From Desulfurivibrionaceae bacterium (GTDB lineage: Bacteria > Desulfobacterota > Desulfobulbia > Desulfobulbales > UBA5123): a stretch of 64,000 nt of DNA. The DNA is taken from contig JAQYVW010000002.1 in NCBI GenBank assembly GCA_030145325.1, positions 5,619-69,618 on the forward strand, written 5' to 3'. Positions 63,230-64,000 of the stretch are shown here, one piece after another (position 1 is the stretch's first letter; every line of letters begins with the position of its first letter). The notes under the pieces were generated by a model. That model saw nothing but the letters and a program-made list of their open reading frames with translations. It had not been told where the DNA came from and searched no databases. Both the position numbers and the translations under genes were made by a program.

Positions 63230-63245
63230 CTCTTGGTCTCCAAAC

Positions 63246-64000
63246 TCAGCCGAAGCGGCCGGTGATATAATCTTCGGTTTGTTTCTCTTTGGGGTTGGTG
63301 AAGAGTCGGTTGGTCTTGCCGAATTCCACCAGTCGTCCCTCGTAAAAAAAGGCGGTACGATCAGACACCCTGGCTGCCTGCTGCATGTTGTGGGTGACGA
63401 TGACGATGGTGTATTTTGTTTTCAGTTCATCGATTAACTCTTCTACTCGGGCGGTGGATTTTGGATCTAAGGCTGAGGCCGGCTCGTCCATGAGCAGGAT
63501 TTCTGGTTGTACCGCCAGGGCTCGGGCAATGCAGAGCCGTTGCTGCTGACCGCCGGAGAGGCCCACCGCGTTATTGTCCAGGCGATCCTTGACCTCTTCC
63601 CAGAGTCCGGCCTGTTGCAGGCTCTGTTTCACCAGTTCACCCAACTTTTCTTTGTCTTTTATGCCATGAATGCGTGGTCCGTAGGCGATATTTTCGAAGA
63701 TCGACTTGGGGAAGGGATTGGATTTCTGGAAGACCATCCCCACCCGTTTGCGTAAATTAACCACGTCGATCTTATCCCGGTAGATATTTGCCTTGTTGAT
63801 GAGGATATCTCCCTCCACCTTGGTTCCGTCGATGATATCATTCATCCGGTTCAAGGTGCGCAGGAAGGTAGACTTGCCACACCCCGAGGGGCCGATGAGC
63901 GCTGTCACCTGCCGTTCTGGAATGGAGATGGAAATATCAAACAAGGCCTGACTGGCTCCGTAATAAAAGGAGAGGTTGTTGACCTCAATGGCCACGGACG
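63246..64000 (-). CDS. pstB: Phosphate ABC transporter ATP-binding protein PstB (the 5' end may lie just beyond the window)
   Basis: GPSGCGKST (Walker A), [14 protein letters not shown] (signature) and [12 protein letters not shown] (Walker B). The track ORF starts at GTG 63995, but the frame stays open to the window edge. Confidence 0.9.
   Translation of the reverse strand, partial: SVAIEVNNLSFYYGASQALFDISISIPERQVTALIGPSGCGKSTFLRTLNRMNDIIDGTKVEGDILINKANIYRDKIDVVNLRKRVGMVFQKSNPFPKSIFENIAYGPRIHGIKDKEKLGELVKQSLQQAGLWEEVKDRLDNNAVGLSGGQQQRLCIARALAVQPEILLMDEPASALDPKSTARVEELIDELKTKYTIVIVTHNMQQAARVSDRTAFFYEGRLVEFGKTNRLFTNPKEKQTEDYITGRFG

Noticed and set aside
1-64000. Search for prophage, integrase, transposase, toxin-antitoxin or restriction-modification genes
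   Set aside because: None of the translated ORFs show the corresponding hallmark motifs. Apart from the MITE-like repeats, the window looks like core chromosome, so no mobile island is called.

Overview
This is a densely coding chromosomal segment with about 55 supportable CDSs and no rRNA, tRNA, CRISPR array, transposase or integrase that I could recognise. The gene content suggests an anaerobic, flagellated Desulfobacterota-type (deltaproteobacterial) organism, but that is inference only. The supporting content is multiheme cytochrome c with System II CcsBA maturation, AhbD-like radical SAM, many c-di-GMP and cNMP signalling proteins, gatCA and YedF. All functional calls come from reading the translated ORFs and recalling family motifs; no search was run. 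Housekeeping genes include nadE (partial), phoH-like, hemE, hemH, cmk, hisC, gatA, gatC, mutM, lgt, rpe, glk, cstA, phoU and pstB. There are five main second-look candidates. (1) At 46715-49147, a membrane protein has a cytoplasmic N-terminus carrying about nine copies of a FliM-N-terminus-like LSQxEIDALL docking peptide. Five of these sit in near-identical 93-bp tandem repeats. The gene lies in an apparent operon with three FlgO-like envelope proteins (49212-51393). (2) At 37409-40585, a 1058-aa fusion joins a radical SAM domain, an ArsM-type As(III) methyltransferase with all three As-binding Cys, and a Cys/His-rich C-terminal domain. It is translationally coupled to a TVP38/DedA-like membrane protein. 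(3) At 20733-28820, a tightly coupled minus-strand operon joins a 7-heme cytochrome and CcsBA to a B12-radical SAM enzyme, a LuxE-like adenylating enzyme, an ICMT-like methyltransferase and a 66-aa ORF. (4) At 11115-14848, an ahbD-like/hemE/HD/hemH operon suggests a hybrid heme route. (5) At 17069-20335, a HEAT-repeat nucleotide cyclase sits beside a stand-alone cNMP-binding protein. A roughly 140-bp MITE-like element with 17-bp terminal inverted repeats occurs three times.
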